64,000 nt of DNA, from assembly GCA_051362555.1 (NCBI GenBank), contig CM120645.1, forward strand, positions 16,058,001 through 16,122,000, given 5' to 3'. The position numbers and the translations under genes were made by a program. How positions within the stretch are numbered: position 1 is the first letter of the stretch; each line of letters opens with the position of its first letter. Source of the stretch: Lingula anatina. Lineage: Eukaryota > Animalia > Brachiopoda. The notes under the pieces were generated by a model, which was given only the letters and a program-made list of their open reading frames with translations, did no database searches and was not told the DNA's origin. Shown one piece after another: positions 10,517-24,676 of this stretch.

Positions 10517-13500
10517 CCTCCTTCTCTATCACAATCCAATTCTTATGAACCTTATACTCGGTGAATAGGGTAAATGCAGTGAGCACGCTATCAGGTCAGC
10601 TGGTGGCACCAATTTTGACTTGCAGCTATCCTGCACCTGTATGATTATCATGCCATTTTGTACGTGAAAATAATAAAAAAAACGTCGACGATTTCAATAA
10701 AATTACATTACGCAGATGAAGAAATCGGAGGGGCAAGGGTGACTTGCCCCCGCCCCCGCCATTTCGCCCCTTTGAAGTTATTGCTCAGTTGTTAAAAGCA
10801 GGTCATAATATTACTTTATAAACTCATGCTGCATGCCATATGATTTTGGCACTTGGGTTTTGAATCGATTTTGCCAAGAGGTTATATATGAGGACACGAC
10901 CATCACTCTTTTAAACTTGGCATCAGTCATAATCGCAGTGACCTGGTGGGTTAAATGTCAACCGGGCCCCCTCCCGTCGCTTTCCCCTTCCACTATTATA
11001 CATGTACGTTGCTTCCCATGCTTCCCATTTATCAGTGCAAACTTTTTGTAGCTACGACACAGGAATCACTTGTCTGTATGTAAACGCACATGTATCTTTA
11101 TTTGAACTTTTGACTCAAATGAAAAATAAACTGCCCTTTCAAAGGCATACTTTAGAGCTAATTGCTGATCAGGATTGCAGCACACCAAACACATTCTAAC
11201 GCTCAGCCCGGTAAAAATAGGGGAGACCGCACTTGTTGGACCCCGAGTGCAACTGGTGCCGGTCTCCCCTACTTATACTTATACCGGGCTGAGCGTTAGA
11301 ATGTGTTTGGTGTGCTGCAATCCCGATCAGCAACTAGTCCCGGTCTCCCCTAGTTTGTGTCGTTGACTGACTTTCACAACTAACACAATTCTAAATCTTT
11401 ATCTTGTTCACCCAAATGTATGGCAAAATGGTATGTCAATCTTCATTTGAATGGAACTCAGTTTGGAAGAAAAATTGATAGAATTTGTCACTTTAGACCA
11501 GGTACACTTTTCGATTACTACATTTAATTGTCTGTTATTGCTACTGCAATTTGCACTTGTACTTTACAGCCAGAAGGACAACTTTGTCTCTACTTTTTCT
11601 CTGTTAAATATCGTAAAATGTTGATTGGAAAGGCACAGCCGGACTAAAGTAAATTGTGTCGTTGAGTGACTGTCACAACTAACATCTTAATATGTTTTAT
11701 CAAAAGTTTGACGTAGCTCAATAGGAATGTATTTCCAACGCTATGATTGATTACAAATCAATATTCATAGCGTGTCCGATGGCACGCAATCCATGATAAG
11801 CAATACTTCGACATTCTCTACGTGCACAGAAGCATGCATCCTCACGGGTGTTAGGATTTAGTAAATATCATTGTACGCCAGTGTCTGTATTATTGGATGC
11901 GTTTATCGGAAACTCTTTCGACCTCAACAGATAAGAAACTGATTTCGCTGGCCGCCAACTGTGGATAATTAATAACACTTTAGAATTAATATCCGAAATT
12001 GCATGTTCAGTGCCCGATACCAACTTCATGTAATCGTTCGTCTTGTTTAAAAATTAAAGTTTTTAGTACAGAGCGGGGCTTCTAAGAAAAGTTTCATAAC
12101 TGCTTTCGTTCTTTATTTTTTATTTTCTATTCTATTTTTTTTTACTTAGACCTAATTGCTAAACAACTCCAATCGTTCTGGACAAACATGCCTGTATTCT
12201 TCTTATTTTCTTTCCCTATGTCTATGAATATTTCAACCTCTCCTCTCCATAAAGGAAATGTACAGGTTGGAGTGTCTATGGCCCATGCAGCTACTTACAT
12301 GTATATAAACGGAAAGGGATATTTAGTTTTGGGACAAGGCAGTCAAGGAAAGGATAAATAGTGTCATGATTCGATATTACTATCGATACTCCTCTATGTT
12401 CTCAATTGTCAGTGCCTGTGCCCGGAGGTCCTCTGGGTAAAAAAGAGTCTAAAATTCTCAATTAGATTCATTTGGCAATTGGACAGTTTTGAATTTACAT
12501 AGGGCGACTTTTTCATTTTCACACAAACGAAGGCTTTAAAAATGTTTGCGAATAGTTCGCGCTTTGCCTCATTCTTTTCTTCAAAAAAATTGTCACTGCT
12601 AATATTTTTGATCAGTAATGGAATTCATAAACACATGCAAAATAATTATTCATTCACCATAACAGCAGAAAATTTCTCATAGACTAGGGTTGGCATCGCC
12701 AACCAGATAACAGCCAAATTAATAAATTTTGTGCACAGCTTATAGCAGTGCAGTCACTGCGTGAGCTACTTTCTATCATGCTCTTGTTTACGATTTGATT
12801 ACAGTTTGGAAGCGATGAATGTCAGCCATCGCGTACGCAGGTTGATGTTACTTCAGGACAACTCGTGACCTAAGGCGACACAGACAAGTAGTAGCAGCCC
12901 GATGCTGGAAAGTCAATAAACAGTCTTAATGGGTTGCACGACACGATGAACCTTTCACATCAGGGTTGGGTTGATTTAAATGATGCACTGTTAAATTCTA
13001 CCAAAGTTGATTACTATTAATCTGATGAGTCTGTAGCATGTAGGCAAATCCAATGGATTTATTTTCAATGAGCTACACAGTCACACGCACAATTAACGTA
13101 CTACATACCCTAAAGGTTCGTTGAGATCAAAAGTTCACTCAAATGTTAGGATAAGACAAAGAAGCGTGCCCGCTGAAGGGGAGTCAGCTCGCCAAAGTCA
13201 TGTAAATGATACCAAGTTCACGCTAGAAATATTCGTATACGCTCAATGTCAGAAGAGGACGAGCGAAGGACAAGCTGGTAACAGCTTGTCACGTATGCAA
13301 AGACGTGGATAACCTTTAAGATTGAATGATTTCCATTGTATATGTATGGTATTTGTATGTGTGGTATTTGGCAGAAATTAGCTGCTGCATTTAATACTTG
13401 GTACAATCGTGCATTTTACACAAGCTAACACTTCAGTAATTATGCAAGGAGTGGGAGCCACGAACCCATTTTAACGTTGATCGACATATACACAGGTAGA

Positions 13501-13624
13501 TAAGTAAATGAATGTATGCATATTTTTATAAAATATATTGTATTAAAATATATGAATTCGAAGCTGAACGTGGTATTTTAGGGAAAATATCACTACCCGC
13601 CCCCTCTATGGTTTTAATTTTAGA
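10517..13624 (+). repeat. Segmental duplication copy 1 (paralogous to 24033-26746)
   Basis: Collinear diverged blocks shared with copy 2, e.g. CTTCTCTATCACAATCCAA, GGCACCAATTTTGAC, GATTACAAATCAATATT, GCTCAATGTCAGAAGAGGACGAGCGAAGGACAA. Each copy has private insertions. Confidence 0.85.
11162..11333. repeat. ~170-bp near-perfect palindrome centred on a TAGGGGAGACCG mini-element
   Basis: 11162-11213 is the reverse complement of 11282-11333. Inner arms TAGGGGAGACCG and CGGTCTCCCCTA extend the stem. Confidence 0.9.
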
Positions 13625-14891
13625 CTCGTCCAAATGAAGTCGAGACGATACCAACACACTCGCTCATTCTCAATATTTAGGACTATTTGAAAAAAAAAAA
13701 AGAGAGAAGTGAAAGATGCAGTTAAAGAAAAAATTCGCAAGTTCTTCTTTTTCTACATCTCTGAAGAATGCAAGTGATACATCTAGATTTTGTTGAAAAT
13801 CATTGAAAATTTTTAAATTCATGCCTTGCTAGTGGCGTGAATTTTCGTATTCAGTAACGAGGATTTTAGTCTGTTAAATAACGAAAGTTAAAATAACAAC
13901 CCCTTTAGATATTCTTTTATAATTTTTTCCAAAAAGCACTTACAAATACAGGAAAATTCTTTCTCTTTAAAATTTCCTAAAGCTATTCCTTTTTATTATT
14001 TCGTATTTACTTTTCAGAAGCTTTGCAGAGCTTTGAAATTAACAGGAATATTTTTTTCTTGAATTAATGTATACATGTATATAGAACTTAACAAGAATGA
14101 TATAGTCCAATGGCAAAAAAGTATTCGAATTTGTACCCAAAATCATGTTTTCAATACCGAATTTTACATTTACTTTAATTTTATCAATTTAGATCAATAT
14201 TTATTACTCCCTCCACAATTTGAAATTAATCCACAAGAGTAAAATGTGTGTTCTATATCCCCAATTATTTTAACACCTGTCTCATACCAGGTTTAAAGTA
14301 TACCGCATTGTAGCCTATTTTAATTTTACTATTAAACCGTAAGGGTAAGGTCCAAAAGCTATGTTTATAAAATTTCGCCCGTAGACATGAAGCTACTTGT
14401 CACTTGTATCAGATTTACTGGAGGGGGGGGGGGCGTCAAAAAGACAAGATAGAGCCTGAAAAGAACATGAAAATAGCCACGCCACCGTATGTTTGTAACC
14501 TAGCTTTGGAAGCTTCCAATTAAGTTTTTCACCAGACCTCAGGGTTCATTGAGAGCTATTGTTTTAATTAGATCAAGCATACATGATAGAGCTTAGACCC
14601 AGGGTTCTTTGAGATCTTTGCTTTTAAGCAGGTTGGTCACACATGATGGAACTATATTATAAAATGCAGCATGTCAAAAAATTAAATTTTAGATAAAATT
14701 CTAGCCCAAACTGGTAAGCAATGCAGCTGCTCTAAAAATGGAGAACATTTTGGGTGTGTTGTAATATTTTCATTTTATTATATGGACGTATCTATATTCC
14801 AGAGTTGCAGTCACCCAGCCCAGAAGTGACTAATGCATGTATAACAGTAGCAGCATCTGATTTTTTCAGATATTTCTTATAATACGATCCG

Positions 14892-15194
14892 TCATTGGTA
14901 GTGTAAAATCAAAATACCATTAATGTTTTTTGCATGGGGGATGTTTTTGCCAGACTTGCAGCTATTTTGAGTTGAGGGTTCAGTGCAAGGAACTTGTTTA
15001 GAGGCTGAATAATAGTTAAAAATCAGATTTTCTTCAATTTTCATTATCTTTAATTTGTTCGAGATTAGCCAACCTCCGAGGTCTGATATGCAGTCGACAT
15101 TGGTATTCAGTGACAAAGCGTGATCATCAATTTTACAAGATGTGTGCGATTTTGTGTCGTCTACATAAAAGCTCCAAGAGGTAAGTGTAAACAC
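14892..15194 (-). mobile_element. Degenerate CR1/L2-clade LINE reverse transcriptase fragment
   Basis: FYVDDTK...CISDLGGWLISNKLKI matches the YADDTQ...CI.DI..WM..NKLKLN pattern of CR1/L2 RT. Confidence 0.7.
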
Positions 15195-15487
15195 ACAACA
15201 TTAGAGGATCAAGAACATTGTCACGAGGAACTCCAAATAAACGCTGTGGGAGTTCAGAAAACACAGCATTTACCTGTATATTTACTTGATGCACTCTACC
15301 AACAAGAGTTTATGTTTATAAATGTATTCTAGGGCTAGCTCTGGGCTCTTCAAATAAAATCCTTTTTTTTTTTCTGTGCACTATCACACACCTGACATCT
15401 GATCGCCCAAACTGCTGAACACTGCACATTAAGCATCGGATGCAACTCCGGAAACTACTTTCATTTGAATTTTCCGTCAATCGCGGT

Positions 15488-17086
15488 TTAAGTAGGTGAT
15501 GATTTCCACATTGTCGAGTTTTCCCGGTTAGCGATTACGTGGACCATATTAGTCTGGCGCCCCTTCCTGAAAACCAAAATGATTTTTTCAATAGTTTCAA
15601 TTTAATTCCTAACGTCAATAAAATAATTGACCGAAGTATCTTTTAAAAAACACTGTTTTGAAATTATTCTGTAGTCAAAATGAATTGGTTTTATATCCTT
15701 TTTGAAAATCAATTGGATACATTGTCAAAAACAAAAAAAAAAAAAAAATGAAATAAATCCTATCAACTACGTCACAGAATGAAACACCAGAATTTACTCT
15801 GAATGCAAAACAACGGGAAAGAAAAATAAATCAAATTGTGTCAAAGGAATGAAACCTTGGTACGCAATGCAGAAGAACTGAGAACCCACGAGTCTGAAAT
15901 GACAATGAATTTAAATGCATACCATTTGATGAACAAAACCACTCCCAGTGTTACAATTACTACAACAGCTATCAGTCCTGCTGTAACCCCGCCAACAGTG
16001 GCCACCAACTTTCTTGTCTCTTCTTCTTCTTTAACCTTTTGTCTGGATTGGCCAGCAGCTTCCCCAGTACTCTTTTTGGTAATGGCAGGGGTAGTGACAT
16101 TACTCGGCTTTGTAGACAGACTTGTTTCTGATTTCCCATTTAAAGTGACCGGCTGCGACTCTGGGCTTGCTGATGGCTGAATAGATTGGTATGTAATGAA
16201 TTCTGAAGGTGAGCCAGAGGCACCAGCAACTAAAGATAGTTGCCCACTGTGGATTGGCATATAGTTTGAGACATCGAAGTTTGGTGGAGCTGAAGATTGC
16301 TGTTCAGTTTGTGACGTAGTGAATGAGCTTGAATCTAAAACTGTAAAAACAAACAAACAAACAAACGAATTGCATGTGTGTGTGTGTGTTAACTTAAAGC
16401 GATTGAAATGTGTTTGAATGTAATTTACACGTCCACTTAGAGGTGAACATTAAAAGTGATCAACAGGCTTCTTTGTTAACATTCAAGGTTTCTCTCCTAC
16501 AATATTGAGAAAGGCAATTAAATTTAATTGATCAAAATAAAATGAAAGTTTTTGTTTAAAATAAAGGAGGGATCGCACCTGCGCTTAAGTGCACAGACAG
16601 AAAGAGAGAGGGATGCCACTCACCTGGCGTTATCACAAGTCTAAATCCAGATCCAACAACAATATCATCGCTGTGAAAATGAATGTAAATAGTACTGTGA
16701 AAGGTACCATTGGCTGACGTACTTCCACAAAATGTTTCGAACTCTCCAAAATGATCCGTTAACTTTAGATAGTCAAAATGGCAGAATGAGCAATACTCTT
16801 TGTCTGCGTCTAAAGAATCTATCGAGTACTCCAGAACCTGAAATCAAGGAAGTGATGCTATACTGCTTGTTACAATTTTATAGCAAAAAGTCACCATAAA
16901 GCAAGAAGCGCCAGAGGCACCTACACCTACCCTAATATGCTGTATTTTACTGTGACATAGTCATAAAGATATAAAATCACCGCTTACAAGTAATAACGTT
17001 GCTACCCACCATCCTCAGCATAATTGTGGTTTTGAAAAAAAATCATGCGTTCACACAAATAACGCTCATCCCAGTAACACAGACAG

Positions 17087-17123
<37 letters not shown>

Positions 17124-19207
17124 CGCTTAACCTGCCGTGCTCGAGCGCGCTCACTACCGTTATTCATTGATACGCCGGAACCATATGGAACCCATTTTTT
17201 CTAGTCTATTTATACCTATAAAGACCTCACCTCTCCGTTTGGGGCGTTCACTTGCCAGTGACAGTCCAAGTTGTGTGAATACGACCCATTTCCAGGCCAA
17301 GGGTCTATGACCACCGGGGCGGTCAGCACAGTGGGGTTCGAATATGGTGGGCAGACGTGTCCTTGGGATCCTAGAGTAGAAGTCGATAGCAACAATTTAA
17401 ACACTACAGAAAATAAAATGGTTGTTTAAAAAGATACCCCAGACCAGGTTGTATTAATATCATTTATTTCTCAGTTCATAAATGATAACAGTGTTATCTT
17501 GGCTTTCTTTTCATTTAGGGACACAGATATACAGTACACATTGTACTTACAGTAGTCTACTGCGCTGGAGTATCTACTGCGTTTTCGTACGGGTGAGACA
17601 ACAACCATTATTAGAGTCACCTGGTACTGTCCATTTAAAAGAATTTATCGATTTCACATTGAAATTAATAAAAACCCTATGAGAGTAGGGTTTATCCAAT
17701 CCCCCTATGCTTTGTTTGATACACACGTTTTCACGTTGTGGAAATAAGTGTGCGGTCACTACTGAATAGGTTGAAAACTATGTTGATCATTTCATCGTTC
17801 ATCGTCGACAAACCTCTAAAGTTCATATACCTGTAGATAAAGGTTTGGGAATGACGTGGGTTGTACTTACGTCTCAGGAACACACATTTCAAAATACTCC
17901 AAACCGACAGGACTCATTTTTAAGATATATTTTCCTGAATTAATGATTTTATCATGAATGGCATATCTCCACTAGTAGTAAACTTACATGAGTTTATAAT
18001 GAAGGATTAGGTACATTTTTAGACACCAGTATATCATCAAAAATTGAGAGGCCACCAGGATCTCTTTACAATTTTTAAATTGTATGAATTTTAGTGTTTT
18101 TTTTCTCTCTTCTTGTCCGGCATTACATGTCCAAGATCTATCACTTAAGACACAGCACATTTGCCTTCGAAGACACGCTTAAACTGTCCAAGAAAACGTT
18201 CAAGGAACGGTTGGAAATAATGTTAAGTGGATCATATGCCGGCTGAAGAAAGCAGCAACAATGCAAATGAGCCGCCATTCTTATTCACTGTTTATATGTA
18301 AAATTCACTGTCAGGATATCTTATAAATTATGTAATGTTTACTTTCAAAGTATTGCATATTGAAGAACATAAATGGAACCGCGTAAAATTACCGATAGTG
18401 GTATAATCTGTTCAAAATCATTCTTCAACTAGAATAAAATTGATTTTTATTTGGATGTGAAAAGATCTTGACCATGCGTTATAGCGCCATAACCTACCGT
18501 TGGCATTATTTTTTTAAAGTTGACCAACTATGCTGATCAAATGAAAAATTAATATAACGATAAATATTATAATATATAAAAACATCGTTTGAGAAGTAAA
18601 AGGTCATTTGCATTGCTAAATTTTAAGGAATTTTCAAAATACACGTAGCTCTGATAACAGATAAAAACTCATCAAAAATGCCAAAATTCAACTTTTTTTG
18701 CATTATGAAGTTCAAGTTTTACATCTTGCATTTGCCAGCTTATACATACCCCTGTAATAACGGCGCGGGTTTGTTTTAATTAATGAATTCGGATACACAG
18801 CTTACATCTACCAGCAATTCGATTGCATATGGCTGCCGGAAGGCAATTAAAAGAAACCCTTGAACAAGCAACTTTTACACCATAAACACCTGCCGGTGAA
18901 GCTAAGACAAAAGCAAACATTGAAAAATGATCCAGGTATCCAGGTAACACCTTGTTAATAATAAGTGACACACGCTGGGATTTAACTTGTTATCAAAATC
19001 TTCTCCTATGTTTTGATATACATATTTATATGGGAAACTGACATGCATACATAAACAGACGGAATACTAGTACTCTCATCTAAATTTAATTGAAACACAA
19101 TTGTTTATTTAAATGCCCTTACCTGTAATAAGAAAGAAAACTACTACATATTGCAATGCAAATATGTCCCTGCTGCAACTGAAACGCCTCTCTGTCACAC
19201 CCTGCAT
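15488..19207 (-). CDS. Single-CUB-domain type I membrane protein with Ser/Thr-rich stalk (~311 aa)
   Basis: Exons 19207-19123 (signal peptide), 17370-17231 and 16837-16624 (CUB: YSHNLDCHWQV, CHFDYL, FCG, IHFHSDD...GF), 16340-15923 (S/T stalk + TM VGGVTAGLIAVVVIVTLGVVLFI), and 15566-15488 (short tail, TAA). Phases 1,0,1,2 join to 936 nt in frame. Confidence 0.85.
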
Positions 19208-20215
19208 GTTTGAACGTTGTTACACTGGGTTTGAAGCTATGCTGCCAAATCACCACTACATATAATTTTTCGTGTTTGTAGAAACAGGATATAAACACTA
19301 TTAATCAAAGACCTACAGAGGTTGTTGCATGACATATTCATCATTCACGGTGGTTTCTCCATGCAGATAGCAGTGACGGAAAAACAGTGATAACTGTTTC
19401 TGTTGCCCTGCCCATAAATTACTCGTACATTCAAAAACACATTACTCGACTGATTTTCCTATTCAGTTACCTGTCAAAATAATCAATATATATATATACC
19501 GACCATTAATTATTACTACTCTACTACAAACACGAACTTGTTTTGAGAGCCCTTGCATTCAGATTTATGCTGCAACATAAAATGCCTATTGGTTATTTTA
19601 TTTTCATTTTTGCGTTTGTTTATTTGTTTGTTTATCATTGCTTGATATAGAAATGCTGAACCGAAAATATATATTCCTTTTTTGATTGTACAACCGCAGG
19701 AATGCATTGGTTTAAAAAGGACACAGTTTAAGGAAGCACTTGTGTTGCACTTGTCTTGTGTTTCCAAGATTTTTTACTGGAAACGTAGAGAGGAAACAAT
19801 TTTTTCTGACTATACATTTGTGACATTGCATTTGTAATGGCCGAAGCTGACGAATTTGCTAGGGCTGACGACTCAATTTAAAGTATCTATTCGCCATTTG
19901 AACCAGCTCTTTTATTAAAAGAGGAGCTACTACGGTAGTAAACTATCGACCCCGATAGTGACACAAATTTATGTTTGTATGATATCGGTTTAGCATACCG
20001 AGAAGAAAGCCAATCTGCACAATCAGAAATTAATAATAGTGTGGATGTATCGTTGTTTAATATAGACATTTGATATGGCCTATTTTAGGAAGTCAGTTTT
20101 AAAGATCTATTGATGATCTTTACATATATTCGTACAACTTAAGCTCGATTTTTCTCACGACCATTGATTGATATGCACAGGGACCATATTTATCACAACG
20201 ACATAAAGAATATAC

Positions 20216-20826
20216 CTCTCGGAGTCTCTGTCCGGGGTGTTCAATTGTCAGTGACAGTCCAAGTCGTTAGAATACGAGGAGTCATCTCCAGGCCAGGGGT
20301 CTAAGGTCACCTGGGCGGTAAGCTAAGTGGGGCTGGGAACTGGTGGGCAAACTTGTCACTGGGATCCTACAATGGAAAGTTGAAAAAACACTTTAAACAC
20401 AAAATTATGGAAATTTTATCTCATTCTGAGTGTGCAAACATACATACGTGCAATTCAAACCGTACATGACGTACATGTAAGTCTTACGACCCGTTCGTCT
20501 GCGTTCATTGTATGAGCAAGTTTTTCTCATGCTTTGGTGCTATACACTAGAGTGTGACAATCTTTTTGTACAGAGAAATGACTGAAAAATAAGGCAGCTA
20601 GGTAATACCTTGCGGGTATTTAATAAGCGAGGTTATTTACTTTGATGTTAAAACCTATAGCTCGGCCTTGATTTAGGAAGTGGAATGAAAAACTTTACGT
20701 CGAAATTTAAATTAACGCCTATAAAAATTGAAATAGTCTTACCTGTCATTGTAAATAAAACGACTACTTATTCCACTGCAGAGAAGCCCTTGCTGTAAAA
20801 AATACGCCTCTCTGTCACACCCTTGT
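20216..20826 (-). pseudogene. Decayed duplicate of exons 1-2 of the CUB gene
   Basis: 20743-20826 resembles 19123-19207 but has lost the ATG and gained an in-frame TAA. 20216-20366 resembles 17231-17370 with TGA, TAG and TGA stops. Splice sites are retained. Confidence 0.85.
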
Positions 20827-21262
20827 TTGTTATTTCAATTTTAATAAAAATTTGAAATACACTGTATGTATTTTTGGTGTTTGTACAAACAGCGCCTAAA
20901 CTACAAGATAATGGTAGATTTATTGAGAGTACTGTGACAATCACTTTGCAAAAATTGCAACAAAAACATGGGCTTATATGATCTCTACAAATTTAATAGG
21001 GTATAGTAATAATTATGCTACAGATATTATATGTAGCACACCTTACAGTACACCAATGAAACACTGCATGATCAACATGAAATGAAAATGCTGAATATCA
21101 ATTCCAACTATCAAAAATTTTACTCAGTTACTTAAAAATACAATATTTACTGAAAAGTCACAATAACAACTAAACAGAAATAAAACATATTGTGCTGTTC
21201 TTATTTTAATAAAAAAAAAATACATGTCTGTACAACTTCAATCCACTAGGCTGCAATCTTAG

Positions 21263-21298
<36 letters not shown>

Positions 21299-21349
21299 TT
21301 AGACTCCTATTATTATTATTATAACGTTGATCTACGAGTAAACAAGTAA

Positions 21350-23260
21350 AGCCTCGGTCACAACCGGCCGTACGGGCTCTTACGAGCTGTTTGCGTTCAA
21401 ATTTTGCGCAGAATCGCACGTCCCACGCAAGTCCTTACGCAATTTCCAGTTCGCAGACAGCCCGTAAGCACGTACGGAGGATGTTGGACATGCCCAAAAG
21501 ATTCTACGAATAGCCTGCGAAAAGCGAGGCGGCAAGCGTAACTTACTCCCCTCGCACGGAGTTAGCAAGAGAGACGCGCGGTGTGCAAGACGCACGTCGC
21601 AAGCAATGAAGGAGCAAGTGCCCTTTGCGTGTTGAGTAAGGCGCACGTCCTCACAACTAACGAACAAAGTCGAGAGCACACCGGGAATGCGTCGCACGTG
21701 CCTCACCCCCACGCCTGGTGTATAAAAGGCGTGCTCACGACGCACGCTCGTGTCTTTGCAGTGAAAGTCGACTGTGTTATGTGTACAACAATTTTCAAAT
21801 TTTTGCTCAATTTAGTTTCTAATATGCCTCAAAAAGGCAAGAGAAAGAAGTTTACATAGTAGAAAAAAGGGAACAGGAAGAAGAAATAAGAGGAGAACAA
21901 GAAGCAAAACTGACGTACGCCGTCATTACGTCACCACAAACGTGTGAGGCAAGTGTGAAGCAAAACTGACGCAAAAGGGCACTACTTTCGCCGTGCGTTG
22001 CATTGCCGTCGTAAGTGGTGAGTGGATCCCACGTACATGTACACAGGAAGCAAGACAAACTCAAGAAATGAGTACAATTTCCACGGCAATCGCTCCTTGC
22101 AATTAGCGTCCCTGCTTGAAAGAACATCTCATGTGGCCCTTGCGACTCGTAAGGCAGACTTTAGCCTCTCTTACAACCCGTCGTGCGTGCTTAGAGATCG
22201 TGCGTCTTCGGAGTTCTTGTCAGACGTAGCGTTGTCGCAGGATGAAAATTAAATCGCAGCGGACGAAGTAGTAAGTACTTTATGAGTACATGTAGGTGTG
22301 TTGTGCTCTGAACGTGGGGCCGCAAGTGGTCTGTACGCCTTTTTTGGAAGTAGGAAGAAGTAAGGAGCACGTACGATCTGTACTTGTGTCTCACACAGTG
22401 AGTGAGATAATCATACGTGTATTGCAAGTGAAGCGTAGGTTTTCAGAAATCGTACTTACGAAGTAAGAGAAACGTAAGAGAAACGTAATAAGCACGGAAG
22501 TGGAACGCACGGATCAAAATAATATAAAAGGGAGCACCGAGTCTCTTTATCATTCACTGTTTTGGCTTCCAAAATGGCACTTCCAAGAAGGATGCGCTAT
22601 CGACTTCTACAGCTGCTAATGCTAGAGGAGGCCGAAGATCGTGACGCAATTCTTGCAGTGGTTGCTCGGGATCGCCTGCACTTTTATCGTGCTGGGCACG
22701 TGCGTCGTCTTAGTGTGACGCACTTCACAAGTATGGTAGTAGTAGGCCTACTCGCCACGCAATTTGGAAATGTGATAAACGCACGGAGGAAGTGCGCTCA
22801 CCCCCCTTTTCGTTAACACGTACATTGAAAGCAAGTTGAACGTACGAGTCTCTTGCGTGGTAAGTACGTCTTCGTGGTAAAATACCCCGGAATTTCTGCA
22901 TGCTTTTCCTGCGTTACACGCACGCCTAGCGCACTTACTCAGTACTTTTGTCTTGCGTGCTACGAGCGTGCTCCAGGCGTTCTAATTGTCGCAGACAGGT
23001 CGTAGCGAAAAACTGGCCGGCCAGTTTTCGGGCTGCGTGCTTTGCGTCGTGTTTGAGTCCACCAAAAACAGTACGTTCCACGTGCGTGTATCTTGCTACT
23101 TGGCCAATTTTTTGCACGCAAACCGCTCGTAGAAGCACGCACGACCGGTTGTAAGAGTAGCTTTTCATCTACCTCTACGACCTCCACGGCCTCCGCAACA
23201 CCCAAAAATCGCAGGGGACGTACGATCCCGAAATTCGTGCGTCCGGTTGTGACCGAGGCT
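21350..23260 (+). mobile_element. PIF/Harbinger internal-deletion derivative (1.9 kb)
   Basis: TIR AGCCTCGGTCACAACCGG ... CCGGTTGTGACCGAGGCT, TAA TSD on both sides, CpG-rich interior, and two TATAAAAG-led truncated ORF starts. Confidence 0.85.
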
Positions 23261-23644
23261 TAAGTAATAGGTCCATTATTCCTGTGTGTTTCGTCAACAA
23301 AGTAACCAAATAACGTCAACTTATTAACGTTGAAACAGAATAATTAACGACAACGTTAATTAGTAGACGAATAAGGGAGGTTATAAACGCCTTTTAATAT
23401 GCCCATTATTATTTGCTGACACTAAAACATATATAGAGATGTACACAGCTCTGATAAATTAGGTCAAGGCAGAGGCACATCCAGGGGCGGAATCAGGATT
23501 ATTTGAAGGAGGAAGCCGACCCCCCCCCCTTTGGAGTAGGATACTGGGCCCGCTGAAGTTCCTCAAAAAATGTTCGTATTTTAATGGGCAAACGGTGCCA
23601 CTTGGTACGGTTTAGAATTATGATTCAGCTACATGTTTTCAAAA

Positions 23645-23875
23645 TAGTAGTTGGACCCGGGGTAAGTTGCCCCCTCTCCCATCAATTTATGACAAAGTAA
23701 CTATGGGGTAAAAGAATTGATCACATCATTTTGTAAAGTGACCGTATCCAACAGTGCTAAGAAAGCATCGGCAGTGAGTCCAAATGAAATAATTTAGCAT
23801 CTTAAAGTAACTTTATTAAAGAGACTTGATGGGGGCCAACTTACTCCAGGGTCCAACTAGCCCCGGTCTCCCCTA
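23645..23875. mobile_element. MITE remnant of the TAGGGGAGACCGGGGCTAGTTG family
   Basis: TAGTTGGACCCGGGGTAAGTTG ... CAACTTACTCCAGGGTCCAACTAGCCCCGGTCTCCCCTA inverted ends. The same end motif occurs at 11218-11351. Confidence 0.6.
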
Positions 23876-24536
23876 TCGTCTCTCGTCTCCGCTTGGGTGG
23901 GTGTGAGAGGCGGAGAGATCATTAATGGATTAAGCAGTCTTCCTTTCATATTTAGGTAGCGGCCTTATTTAACCTCGGCTCTTCTCGATGTGAATGCTCC
24001 CATACTAATTTAACTATTGCATCAGATGTGCCACCTGCTTCTCTATCACAATCCAACTTTCATAATTCCTCTATTCAGTGAATACGGTAATCACAGTAAG
24101 CACGTTATCAGGTCAACTGGCGGCACCAATTTTGACCTGCAGCTACCCTGCATCTGTATGATTATAATGGCATTTTATACGCGAAAAGAATAAAAACGGC
24201 GACGATTTCAATATTACATTACGCAGATGCAAAAATCGGACGGGCTAGGGTGACTTGTTCCCCCCCCCCTCCCCCCAACAACACGACTATCACTCTTTAA
24301 ACTTGGCATCAGTCATAATCGCAGTGAGCTGGTGGGGTAAGGTTACCCCCCCTTCCAACGCTTTCCCCTTCCACTTCTTTATGTAAACTTTTGACTAAAA
24401 TGAAAAGAAATCTGCTCTTTCAAAGGCTTAATTAAGACTTTATGCTGATCAAGATTGCAGCACCCCAAACTCATTCTAGCGCACAACTCATCATAAGTAG
24501 AATTTGTCGTTGACTGTCTTCCACAACGTTAACTAA

Positions 24537-24676
24537 AGCCTAGATTACATTTGAAATGCGATAGCCGTACGGTGCACGTATACTGCCCGTAGCTCCTTAC
24601 GATTTCAAAAAAAAAAAAAAAAAAGATCTTACTGACAATTTAATCGCACGGTGCTCGTGTAAATGTAATCTAGGAT
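24537..24676. mobile_element. Harbinger-type MITE
   Basis: AGCCTAGATTACATTT ... AAATGTAATCTAGGAT TIR with a TAA TSD. Confidence 0.7.
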
